Shown piece by piece: positions 9,584 through 17,880 of a stretch of 64,000 nucleotides of DNA; the stretch's first letter is position 1; each line of letters begins with the position of its first letter. The stretch lies in the sequence record OZ035773.1; one strand, given 5' to 3'. Source of the DNA: Justusliebigvirus VEcB. A program made the translations under genes and the position numbers. The notes under the pieces are model-generated. The model made no database searches and was not told the origin of the DNA. It saw only the letters and a list, made by a program, of their open reading frames with translations.

Positions 9584-9640
9584 CTCGCTTCGCTCGTCAC
9601 CTTTCAGGTTTAGGGTAGCATGTTTTTCTGAAAAAGTCAA
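9584..9640 (+). repeat. conserved ~55-bp non-coding element, copy A (CTCGCTTCGCTCG ... TTAGGGTAGCATGTTTTT)
   Basis: Near-identical element recurs at ~36487-36540 in the same orientation. Confidence 0.4.
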
Positions 9641-9669
9641 TACTCTCCACAAAACTTTACAAAATACTT

Positions 9670-9942
9670 TTACATAGGTACAACAGAATCTGTTTTGAAG
9701 TCGTACATATGATTTACACCTGTGATTTTTGACATAGAGATTGCACGTTTAGCACCTGCAATTACCTGGTCTGTCTTCTTAATCTCTTCACGGAACTTAC
9801 GTACAGTTAAAGAGAAGAAACGATGATCCATCCATTGACGATTCACACGATCACGCTTGAAGTGACGGAAATCTTCAATCTGTTTATTGCGTAATCGGCG
9901 CAGTACATGCAACAGTTTATAGTAAGGGTGTTTATTTTTCAT
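9670..9942 (-). CDS. hypothetical basic protein (90 aa)
   Basis: Track ORF; SD GGAGAATAA. Confidence 0.5.
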   Translation of the reverse strand: MKNKHPYYKLLHVLRRLRNKQIEDFRHFKRDRVNRQWMDHRFFSLTVRKFREEIKKTDQVIAGAKRAISMSKITGVNHMYDFKTDSVVPM

Positions 9943-9945
9943 AAT

Positions 9946-10374
9946 TTATTCTCCAAATCGAAAATCGTCAATATCATCAAACCATACACAATGGCGAGTC
10001 CTTTCTTTTTCTGTTGCAGACATTGTTTCAACAGCTTTAGGACTAAGCACAACAGGAGTGTAACGAATAGGTCGTTCATAATAGTAGCCATACTTTTCTG
10101 TATTAGCTGCCTCAAACACTTTACGGCGTTCTTCAAGATCTTCTATGGTGAATCCTACCATATAACCATCATATTTGCTACCCCATCCTTCCTCACTTTC
10201 AACAATTGGAGTATAAAAGCCGTTACGCGTCTCTGACGCTGGTTTTTCTTGAGCCTGAAGGCAAGTCTCCCACCCTGCTTTAAAGACGTTATAGAGCGAT
10301 TTACGCACGTTATGAGTGCCGCTTTCACTTGCTGGATAGAGTTCATTAAATTTGTCTTGAATTTGTTGTGTCAT
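9946..10374 (-). CDS. hypothetical protein (142 aa)
   Basis: Track ORF; SD AAGGGG. Confidence 0.5.
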   Translation of the reverse strand: MTQQIQDKFNELYPASESGTHNVRKSLYNVFKAGWETCLQAQEKPASETRNGFYTPIVESEEGWGSKYDGYMVGFTIEDLEERRKVFEAANTEKYGYYYERPIRYTPVVLSPKAVETMSATEKERTRHCVWFDDIDDFRFGE

Positions 10375-10517
10375 ACTCGCCCCTTAGTGATTATTTGACC
10401 AGCTAAACAAATAGCTTGTAGTACAGTAAAGAAGTAGCCTAATTTTACACTACCTAGTACCCAGAATGCAATGTTTGCAAACAAACAAAAAGCAATATTA
10501 AGTTTAAAGAATAACAT
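10371..10517 (-). CDS. small hydrophobic membrane protein (48 aa), below track threshold
   Basis: Hand-translated MLFFKLNIAFCLFANIAFWVLGSVKLGYFFTVLQAICLAGQIITKGRV; SD GAAGGGGA; ATGA-type overlaps with both neighbours. Confidence 0.4.
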   Translation of the reverse strand: MLFFKLNIAFCLFANIAFWVLGSVKLGYFFTVLQAICLAGQIITKGRV

Positions 10518-10718
10518 TTAATCCCCTTCATATTTAGGTAAAGGCATATATGCCACAATAGGAGGGTAATCAAAGTGAAAATGATGGTTCACCACAATAA
10601 TCTTACCAGACATACTTTTATGCACTTCACAATACCCTTTTTCACCATCTTCCATTACCACCACATACTCACCTAGTGGAATATCGTATGGATCTTCTAC
10701 TTTTACCCATTCTGTCAT
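10518..10718 (-). CDS. hypothetical protein (66 aa)
   Basis: Track ORF in tight operon. Confidence 0.5.
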   Translation of the reverse strand: MTEWVKVEDPYDIPLGEYVVVMEDGEKGYCEVHKSMSGKIIVVNHHFHFDYPPIVAYMPLPKYEGD

Positions 10719-10870
10719 TTTGTAAACTCCTCATAGTAAGGTAAAGCCTTGATCAGTTGTTCTGAAGTGCCATTTTGCACCCACGTAACACCATTGTCAA
10801 CAGAAACATACCCTTTTTTGTCAATAAATTTACGCAGACAGTCAGTGAACTTGTTTTTGTAGATAACCAT
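10715..10870 (-). CDS. small protein (51 aa), below track threshold
   Basis: Hand-translated MVIYKNKFTDCLRKFIDKKGYVSVDNGVTWVQNGTSEQLIKALPYYEEFTK; strong SD AAAGGAGTAAAC; 4-nt overlap with downstream gene. Confidence 0.45.
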   Translation of the reverse strand: MVIYKNKFTDCLRKFIDKKGYVSVDNGVTWVQNGTSEQLIKALPYYEEFTK

Positions 10871-10884
10871 GTTTACTCCTTTGT

Positions 10885-11070
10885 CTATTGTTCTTTCTCA
10901 ACTTTACGCAGTTCATCTCGGCAATTGTTTTGATATTTTTGATCATTTAGTTCCTCATTTGTAAGGACTGTAATTAGTAGTTCATTAACAAGTTTTGGAA
11001 TTGATTTCCCTTCTGCCTTTGCGCGATTTAACAACGCGTTATAAGTTGCAGAGTCAAAATTAATATTCAT
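10885..11070 (-). CDS. putative ribbon-helix-helix (Arc/CopG-like) DNA-binding protein
   Basis: 61 aa; N-terminal ...SATYNALLNRAKAEGKSIPKLVNELL pattern resembles RHH fold; strong SD AAGGAGAAAA. Confidence 0.4.
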   Translation of the reverse strand: MNINFDSATYNALLNRAKAEGKSIPKLVNELLITVLTNEELNDQKYQNNCRDELRKVEKEQ

Positions 11071-11085
11071 TTGGTTTTCTCCTTA

Positions 11086-11442
11086 TTACATCCACAGATT
11101 ATGGAAATACTTAGCAAACAAAATACGACCTTCTAAACGATCTTGCCGCTGTTTTTCATTAACTTCTTCTGGTGGAGTTAAATCCTTAAAAGAGGACTCC
11201 ATTTTTTCAAGAATTTCTAGCCAGTGTTCTGCTGCTCGTTCTTCCATATAAGGTAGATAGTCACCTTTAGCGTGTGGGTACATCCGACGAAGTAACCCAC
11301 TAGGAATTTTAACATTGTTTGTGGCTATCACTTTTGCACGATATGCAGAAAGTGCATTGTAGATCAGTTTACTTAGTGTCACATCCAGATCAAGAAGATC
11401 ACTCTCTTCAAATTGAATTTCATCGTGTACAATTTTCATCAT
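11086..11442 (-). CDS. hypothetical protein (118 aa)
   Basis: Track ORF; SD GGGAGAAGG. Confidence 0.5.
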   Translation of the reverse strand: MMKIVHDEIQFEESDLLDLDVTLSKLIYNALSAYRAKVIATNNVKIPSGLLRRMYPHAKGDYLPYMEERAAEHWLEILEKMESSFKDLTPPEEVNEKQRQDRLEGRILFAKYFHNLWM

Positions 11443-11723
11443 GCCTTCTCCCGATCTGCGTCTAATTTCAACAAGAAAGCTGTATACTCTTCCGAACCTT
11501 GGTGTAAAAACATGCGATAAGAGCTTACCAGTTTCTTCGTTGTTGTATAACGTTCCATTTCCCCAACAACACCTCCACCCAGTGTGTAGAGCACAACACC
11601 CTCAAACCCAACATGAGTTACTACTTCAACCAAATCTGTGTTATCCCAATGGTAGTTAGGTGACACAATAAGATCGCCAACTGCCAGTTTAATGTTTGCT
11701 GCTTCGTCTTGTGAATAGTACAT
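11439..11723 (-). CDS. hypothetical protein (94 aa)
   Basis: Track ORF; SD GAGAGGAGAA. Confidence 0.5.
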   Translation of the reverse strand: MYYSQDEAANIKLAVGDLIVSPNYHWDNTDLVEVVTHVGFEGVVLYTLGGGVVGEMERYTTTKKLVSSYRMFLHQGSEEYTAFLLKLDADREKA

Positions 11724-11735
11724 TTTGTTCTCCTC

Positions 11736-12026
11736 TCACATTAAGACACGTTTTGTACCGATGGGAGCATTGTCGAACATGTTTATCACTTTGTCAAGTT
11801 TGTGTATTAACTCGTTCGTAATGTTCCACTCTTTGTATGATCTCCATTGTTTCTTATTCTCACCTACCTGGTGTAAAACTTTGATTGGTGCATTCAAACG
11901 TACATTGCGTTCTTTGTCCTCTTCAAAAGAGGCTAACCATTTTTCGTTATGCCCATGAACAGCAATAATAATGCCAAAACCATCAAAAGTTTCTGTAATA
12001 TTCTTAGTTGCTAGTGTGATGTTCAT
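11736..12026 (-). CDS. hypothetical protein (96 aa); first gene of minus-strand arm
   Basis: Track ORF; SD AAGAGG. Confidence 0.5.
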   Translation of the reverse strand: MNITLATKNITETFDGFGIIIAVHGHNEKWLASFEEDKERNVRLNAPIKVLHQVGENKKQWRSYKEWNITNELIHKLDKVINMFDNAPIGTKRVLM

Positions 12027-12085
12027 ATCTAACCTCTTTTGTTACGATGCACACAGAGTACCAGAAATTAATTTCAGATCAAGTA

Positions 12086-12113
12086 TTGACATACTGTTTT
12101 ATTGTGCTAATCT
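12086..12113 (+). promoter_or_regulatory. sigma70-like promoter for the plus-strand island
   Basis: TTGACA, 16-17 nt spacer, TAATCT; located in divergent intergenic region. Confidence 0.4.
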
Positions 12114-12145
12114 TAATGCATACACAAATGAGAGGAGATAAACGA

Positions 12146-12697
12146 ATGCAAAACATCGATCTGACTTGGATAGAAGCCAAAGAAGCAATGTTAAAAGGCA
12201 AACGCGTTAAACATAAATACTTTTGCGAAGGAGAATGGTTTGAAATGCGTAACCGATCCATTGTAGATGAAAAAGGGAATGACATGCAACAATGGTTCAA
12301 AAATGAAATTTGGCAGGGAACAGGTTGGTCTGTAGTTGAAGAGCAGCCTAGCTCAAGCGCACTGTTTAGCCCTATTATGTATTGCGTTATCGGTGCTTTA
12401 GTTGTTGATCACGGGATTGCAGTGGAAAAAGAATGCTGGGAAGAGGTATCTTTTTTCAACCTGGCTTCTTATGCAAAAAGCCATATGCACTTGTTTGAAG
12501 AAGGGGATGAATTTGTTCTTCGTATGCGATATGGCAAAGAATTCAGATTACCACTTGATAATGATGTAGACACTGTTGTAAAATGGTTAGCAGAGCATTA
12601 CGCTTACGATGCAATTTGTGGTCGCAGCTTCGGCAACGAACGCTGGGACATGATTTGTGAAAAATATGATTTTGAGCCGGAGTACGGAGTTTTATAA
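12146..12697 (+). CDS. DUF2829 (Tad2-like) domain protein with C-terminal extension
   Basis: From ATG 12146 (SD GAGGAGA): MQNIDLTWIEAKEAMLKGKRVKHKYFCEGEWFEM...WSVVEE matches DUF2829 hallmark pattern; track ORF starts 33 codons upstream without RBS. Confidence 0.55.
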   Translation: MQNIDLTWIEAKEAMLKGKRVKHKYFCEGEWFEMRNRSIVDEKGNDMQQWFKNEIWQGTGWSVVEEQPSSSALFSPIMYCVIGALVVDHGIAVEKECWEEVSFFNLASYAKSHMHLFEEGDEFVLRMRYGKEFRLPLDNDVDTVVKWLAEHYAYDAICGRSFGNERWDMICEKYDFEPEYGVL

Positions 12698-12948
12698 TGT
12701 TAAGTATCACACCTAAAATGATAACAGAAGACGAAGCAGACTTTATTTTCAAATGTGGACGTGTATGGAGAGAATTCACAAAAGGAAATGAAGTGGTTGT
12801 TGTTGTTGAACACAAGATATCTATTCAGGATCTGTTTGGACAATATGTTGATGTTATTAAATTAGGTATTGACAAGGGTTTAGTTGAGGTGTTAACATTA
12901 GATCAAGTTGAAGCAGAGCACCTCGATAAAGTGGTGGTTGAATTTTAA
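12697..12948 (+). CDS. hypothetical protein (83 aa)
   Basis: Track ORF; start overlaps previous stop. Confidence 0.45.
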   Translation: MLSITPKMITEDEADFIFKCGRVWREFTKGNEVVVVVEHKISIQDLFGQYVDVIKLGIDKGLVEVLTLDQVEAEHLDKVVVEF

Positions 12949-12968
12949 AATACAGACGGGAGAAAGGT

Positions 12969-13142
12969 ATGAGTTTCTTTGTTACAGTATTTATGGCTAT
13001 CTGGATTGTAGTCTCACTCGTTCTTTTCCTGGTGGGTTGTCTGGAAGAGATTAAGAAAGCGGTTATTTGCGGTTTCTTTGGCTTTATTATCTCTCCTGCC
13101 TGGATGTGGTTCTTCATTATGATTGGTTTCCTTAAAAGGTAA
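12969..13142 (+). CDS. small membrane protein (57 aa), below track threshold
   Basis: Hand-translated MSFFVTVFMAIWIVVSLVLFLVGCLEEIKKAVICGFFGFIISPAWMWFFIMIGFLKR; SD GGGAGAAAGG. Confidence 0.45.
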   Translation: MSFFVTVFMAIWIVVSLVLFLVGCLEEIKKAVICGFFGFIISPAWMWFFIMIGFLKR

Positions 13143-13156
13143 GTGAGGAATAAAGA

Positions 13157-13594
13157 ATGAGTAAAACAAACGCAATCGCAGATAAAGCAACGGATGTACT
13201 TCTGAACATGGTTAACGTCACTATTCAAACAATGAGTGATGTTGTGGAGTTTGGAAAACAACAAATTCCAGAAGTAATCCATCAATTATTAGTGTGGAAA
13301 GCAGTATCCGCAGGTTTATGGCAACTTTTTAGTATTTGCTTTATGTTTATTACTTTTATTGCTGTGCGGAACCTCGTAAAAGCAATTAAAGATAAAGAAT
13401 GCCTGTGGTCACGAGATCGCTATGGTGAAGTATCTGCTTTACCTATTGTTGGTCTTGTTGTCTGTGCTTTCTTTTTCTTTTTAGGATTTGTTATTTTCTT
13501 TTCGAATTTTGATTGGCTAAAAATTATTATTGCACCAAAAGTGTATCTGATTGAATTTGCTGCTGATTTAATTCGTTCATCTCAACAAAGATAA
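13157..13594 (+). CDS. membrane protein (145 aa, at least 2 TM segments)
   Basis: Track ORF; SD GTGAGGAA; long hydrophobic stretches. Confidence 0.55.
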   Translation: MSKTNAIADKATDVLLNMVNVTIQTMSDVVEFGKQQIPEVIHQLLVWKAVSAGLWQLFSICFMFITFIAVRNLVKAIKDKECLWSRDRYGEVSALPIVGLVVCAFFFFLGFVIFFSNFDWLKIIIAPKVYLIEFAADLIRSSQQR

Positions 13595-13606
13595 AAGGGG
13601 GTTAAA

Positions 13607-14734
13607 ATGAAATACACGATTTATGGTGATATTGTAAGTGTAAATAAAGATATGGGCGTGGAATCTAACTATCTTCCACCTGGATTCTATACTGTTAGTC
13701 GTGATCCCCTTGGCAATTACTTTTTAAGCCGTGGTAATCTAACAGGTGTACCGGATGTTCTGTATGGTGAAACAGAAAAACGAGCAAATCACGTTATTCG
13801 TACATTCCATCGCCGGAGTGCACAAGGTAAAAACACAGGCTTGCTTCTGACAGGAACTAAGGGTAGTGGTAAAACTATGTTAGCCAAACTCATTAGTCGT
13901 GACCTTGTAGAAGAAGGTATTCCAACTATTATGGTTACTCAAGCCTACAGTGATGCTAATTTCATTGAACTTATTAGCAAGATCACAGACAAAGCAGTGA
14001 TTATTTTTGATGAATTTGATAAAGTATATGAGAAGAAACAAGATCAAGAAGCACTTCTCACTTTGTTAGATGGTACTGGCAGTGGTAATAAACTGTTTAT
14101 TCTAACTAAAAACAGTGGCTTTATCTCTGAATTCTTTCTAAATCGTCCTAGTCGTGTGTTTTATAATTTTAATTATGATAAAATCTCACTAGAAACTATG
14201 ATTGACTATTTAGATAAAAACCTGGATAACAAAGCACACTTTGATAATTTCCAAAGGCTTTGGGATGTAAGTTTAGAGTTGTCCTTTGATGTGATCCAAG
14301 GTATAGTAGAAGAACTTAATTTCTACCCTGATTTATCCTTTAAAGAATGCATCTCTATGATGGGCGTTTCTTTGGGTGGTGGTAATAAGTGGGATATCAG
14401 CAGCGTTGTTATTAATGGGAAACTTCAGAAAGTTAGCTGGGTATCTAGTTGGCATAACTTCACACCTGCAATCTTTTTAGGTGGCTCGTGCACACTAGAC
14501 GTGTACTTGTCATCTCCAAGTGATGCAGATTCTAAAGAAGCCCTTGCTAATAGCTCTTACGTGGTTTTTGATGATGAAGGAGATGCTCGAATTCCATTGA
14601 ATGCGACAAAAATGAAAGCAGATCTTATTACAGGCGGTAAAATCGTTGTGTTTAGTGATGATCCAGAAGATTCTTTCCGTATTGTTCTGGAACCAACTAT
14701 CACCAATGGTGCAACTTTGGCAAGCGTGTTTTAA
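13607..14734 (+). CDS. AAA+/P-loop ATPase (DnaC/IstB-like core)
   Basis: Walker A LLLTGTKGSGKTMLAK, Walker B VIIFDEFDK; SD AAAGGGGG. Confidence 0.65.
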   Translation: MKYTIYGDIVSVNKDMGVESNYLPPGFYTVSRDPLGNYFLSRGNLTGVPDVLYGETEKRANHVIRTFHRRSAQGKNTGLLLTGTKGSGKTMLAKLISRDLVEEGIPTIMVTQAYSDANFIELISKITDKAVIIFDEFDKVYEKKQDQEALLTLLDGTGSGNKLFILTKNSGFISEFFLNRPSRVFYNFNYDKISLETMIDYLDKNLDNKAHFDNFQRLWDVSLELSFDVIQGIVEELNFYPDLSFKECISMMGVSLGGGNKWDISSVVINGKLQKVSWVSSWHNFTPAIFLGGSCTLDVYLSSPSDADSKEALANSSYVVFDDEGDARIPLNATKMKADLITGGKIVVFSDDPEDSFRIVLEPTITNGATLASVF

Positions 14735-14748
14735 GTAAGCCAGCAAAT

Positions 14749-14775
14749 AAAAACCCGCTCCGGCGGGTTTTCTTG
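14749..14775 (+). terminator. rho-independent terminator
   Basis: AAACCCGC-tccg-GCGGGTTT followed by TCTTG. Confidence 0.6.
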
Positions 14776-14808
14776 TATTGATGCCAGATTTAATAAGAGG
14801 AGTAATAG

Positions 14809-15981
14809 ATGACAGCACCAAAATCATGGGAACAATATAAAGAAGAATTAACACCCCTTGCTAAAAATCGCAATATTCAAATCCTGGGTTATGTTGGTGA
14901 ATGGAAAGGGAACAAGACTAAACTTAAGCTATCTTGCCCTAAACATGGAGAGTGGAACACCACGAACATTAATGATTTTAAGAAGGGACGTGGTTGTCCT
15001 ATCTGTTCTGGTAAGAAGCCGTTAACATGGGAAACAGAATTGCCGATCTTGGAAGAGATAGCACAGAAGAGGGGGTATCAGGTGTTAGGGTACGTGGGAG
15101 AATGGAAAGGGAATAAAACAAAACTTGATTTGTTGTGTCATTGTGGTAATAAATGGGATACTACAAGTATTAACAATTTTAAACGTGGTAGCGGTTGTCC
15201 ACAATGTAAGAGGGAGAGACAAACAATGTCCGACGATCAACATATTGCAGATTTCTTTTCTACAGGGGAATTTAAGGAAGGCACTATCTTCACCAATACA
15301 GGGAAACGTAACAAGCGTGATGCAGTATGGATGGTTGAGTGTCCTGTTTGCTCCCATGATGAATATGTTCAAGCAGGTGTTTGTGATGGTAAATTTTACT
15401 CTGCAGGACATAACCTTAAACAAGGGTATATTCCGTGTCGTTGTGGGAACTATCAGTATACAGAAGACCAGATCACCTATAGGGTAAAAAAGGAAGTAGA
15501 AGGGAAAGGGTATGTCTGGGTAGATTGGATTACCAAACCATCTTCTATAGGTAAGTTTAAATATCTTTGTCTTGTGCATGGGGAGCAGATAGGGAGTGCT
15601 CGTAATTTATTAAGCCTCGGTCAAGGTTGTCCACAGTGTGCTGGTCATAGTCAGCAGCAATTGTATGTTAATGTTGTTAAAGATAATGGTATTATAGTTG
15701 CTCTTAAGTTTGGTATATCTAAAGATAGCGATAGACGATTAAACGGTCAAAATAGCCGTAATCTGTTTTTTATGGAGCGTATTTGTTTATATGATTTTAG
15801 CACAGTGAAACAATGTAGGGCTGCTGAAAGAGCTATAAAGAAAAAATTAAAAACTGGTATTTTAACGGCAAGAGAGTTGAAAGATGGTTATACAGAAACA
15901 GTAAGTGTTTCTGATTTGGAAAATCTTCAAAAAATTATTACACAATATGGTGGCAAATTAGTATACAGTAAGGAGGTGTAA
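14809..15981 (+). CDS. zinc-ribbon repeat protein with C-terminal GIY-YIG-like (T5orf172-type) domain; putative nuclease
   Basis: Four repeats of C-x-x-(C/H)...G-x-G-C-P-x-C; C-terminus LYVNVV...KFGIS.D..RL...AERAIKKKL resembles T5orf172/GIY-YIG; SD AAGAGGAG. Confidence 0.5.
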   Translation: MTAPKSWEQYKEELTPLAKNRNIQILGYVGEWKGNKTKLKLSCPKHGEWNTTNINDFKKGRGCPICSGKKPLTWETELPILEEIAQKRGYQVLGYVGEWKGNKTKLDLLCHCGNKWDTTSINNFKRGSGCPQCKRERQTMSDDQHIADFFSTGEFKEGTIFTNTGKRNKRDAVWMVECPVCSHDEYVQAGVCDGKFYSAGHNLKQGYIPCRCGNYQYTEDQITYRVKKEVEGKGYVWVDWITKPSSIGKFKYLCLVHGEQIGSARNLLSLGQGCPQCAGHSQQQLYVNVVKDNGIIVALKFGISKDSDRRLNGQNSRNLFFMERICLYDFSTVKQCRAAERAIKKKLKTGILTARELKDGYTETVSVSDLENLQKIITQYGGKLVYSKEV

Positions 15982-16533
15982 ATGCGGATTACTGATAAGT
16001 ATGTGTTCTTCTTCTCGGCAAAAGATGAATTTAGCAACTGGTATCTATCATCTTTTATTGAACCTTTAGCTCCCAAGTATAATAATTCTATTACAAGTTC
16101 TGTTGAATTTACTTGTGTGGAACAATATATGATGTGGAGAAAAGCATGTTTGTTTTATGATTACAACATTGCATCTTCTATTTTAACCGGAGATCTAAGA
16201 TATACAGGAGAAAAAGAACAGGCATATTATAAGCGACTAGGTAGATTAGTTAAAGATTACGATGAAGCTACTTGGACTTCTTTACGGGAGAAGATTGTCA
16301 AGCGTGGTTTGTATCTTAAATACACACAAAATGAAGATCTCAAAAATAAACTTATAGCTTACGCAGATAAGGAGTTTGTAGAAGCAAGCCCTTATGATTC
16401 TATTTATGGTATCAAAATTGGGATGTGGGATCGGGACGTGGAAAATAAGGATTGTTGGAAAGGACAAAATCTTTTAGGAAAATGGCATACAGACCTTGCT
16501 GTTTATCTAAAAGCACAATCTGATATTTCCTGA
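15982..16533 (+). CDS. NADAR (YbiA-like, DUF1768) domain protein
   Basis: FFFSAKDEFSNWYLS...EQYMMWRKA...KRLGRLV...ASPYDSIYGIKIG...WKGQNLLGK match NADAR signature blocks; SD AGGAGGTG. Confidence 0.65.
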   Translation: MRITDKYVFFFSAKDEFSNWYLSSFIEPLAPKYNNSITSSVEFTCVEQYMMWRKACLFYDYNIASSILTGDLRYTGEKEQAYYKRLGRLVKDYDEATWTSLREKIVKRGLYLKYTQNEDLKNKLIAYADKEFVEASPYDSIYGIKIGMWDRDVENKDCWKGQNLLGKWHTDLAVYLKAQSDIS

Positions 16534-16752
16534 TATTTTGAAAATTTTTATTTTTATAAAAAGGGGTGTGGGTTTCATGTACGGAAATTCACCCTCTGCA
16601 CAGTATACCCAGAGTAAGTATTATTCTATACTCTGTTAATAAAGTATTTAATTTGTTTGTTGGACTATGGTATCTGATCTTTAAAAGGCATACTATCTCT
16701 TAACTACTACTTATAACAGAACAGTAAAATCATTTTTATAAAAAGTACAAAA

Positions 16753-16949
16753 TTATTTAAAGTTTTTACAGATTTTTGGGTACAAATTTTGAAAATGAAA
16801 AGTTCAAGTTTGGTCAAAATTATTTAAAGTTTTTGTACGTATTTCTATCCAGATTTTGAAAATGAAAACTTCAATTTTTTAAAAATTCCCCAGTTTATTT
16901 AAAGTTTTTTTGCCTTTTTCCGTAGAAAAATCAAAAATGAAAAGTTCAA
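16753..16949. repeat. three tandem ~67-75-bp direct repeats (each with TTATTTAAAGTTTTT and TTGAAAATGAAAAGTTCAA)
   Basis: Both sub-motifs recur three times at ~67- and ~75-bp spacing. Confidence 0.6.
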
Positions 16950-16972
16950 TTTCGTGTTTTTATAGGTGTGTT

Positions 16973-17084
16973 AATGAGAATCATTTTCGTTTGTAAATGA
17001 GAATCATTATCATTTAATTATGTAAGTGATAATCATTCTCAGTAAGAGAATGAGAATCATTAGCAAATGAGAATTTTTCTCATT
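16973..17084. promoter_or_regulatory. cluster of five Fur-box-like palindromes (AATGAGAATCATT variants)
   Basis: Sites at ~16973, 16996, 17027, 17049, 17066; closest match TGAGAATCATTATCA vs Fur 7-1-7 core TGATAATnATTATCA. Confidence 0.4.
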
Positions 17085-17346
17085 TAGAGAATAACGCGCA
17101 GGGGTGGTGTTTGTCTCGCGCTCCCGTGTCCCCTCGCCATACAATAAGAATAGCATAACCAACAACAAAAGCAAGCGATTATTTTTATCTTTACATTTCT
17201 TTACAAATTTATTTTAGACGAGCCACCGGCGATCAACCTTCCAACCAGTGCCCCCTGGTATGTTAGCCCCGCCTTTACGCCGTGGGGGTGGCGTTTCCTC
17301 TTCTGTATGTAAAACAGTATAAGCCCGATCCCTGGGCTTGTCAAGA

Positions 17347-17613
17347 TTATTTTTTGTTTTCTTGCCAGGATAGGACACCTAACCAAAAATACATGTCGCC
17401 CCGCGCCCCTGGCGGGATCTTGCTTTCCCCGCCGCCACTGCAAGCCCATAGATAACCATTAGCGAACGGATCAAAATGATCTATTTCTTCCACCTTATGA
17501 TCGCCCAGGTTGAGAACGGTTTCAACCTTTAAGCCCGTTGCGCTTGCTACCTGGTGCACCGTGCCGCCTTGCCAGCCTAATGAGTGCATGAGGTGTAGAG
17601 TAGGATTTGTCAT
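17347..17613 (-). CDS. hypothetical protein (88 aa) in GC-rich islet
   Basis: Track ORF; SD AAAGGGCGA; local GC content far above the rest of the window; coding status uncertain. Confidence 0.3.
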   Translation of the reverse strand: MTNPTLHLMHSLGWQGGTVHQVASATGLKVETVLNLGDHKVEEIDHFDPFANGYLWACSGGGESKIPPGARGDMYFWLGVLSWQENKK

Positions 17614-17724
17614 GGTATCGCCCTTTCTTTGATGTGCGCCCTGGTTGGCGCGGTAGAAAGATAATAGCCCTTTCCTTTATAGATAGCAAGCAAAAAAGAA
17701 ATGAAAAAAAGATTAAAAAAGGGG

Positions 17725-17753
17725 TTGACGTTCCTCACCTGGTAGCGTATTAT
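17725..17753 (+). promoter_or_regulatory. sigma70-like promoter
   Basis: TTGACG, 17 nt spacer, TATTAT; ~120-nt GC-rich leader before peptide ORF. Confidence 0.45.
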
Positions 17754-17880
17754 TCATCTTGTCGAGGGGGGCGAGGCACAACGACAATAAACAAAAGGAG
17801 GGCGCAATGTAGGACGGGCAAAGGTGAGGATCTCCACAATCCACCGTCACAATAACATTACTTATAAAAGGTTGATAACG

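Noticed and set aside
16753-16949. CRISPR array interpretation of the tandem repeats
   Set aside because: Only three imperfect AT-rich copies of ~70 bp with no short conserved repeat and unique spacer structure, and no cas genes in the window.
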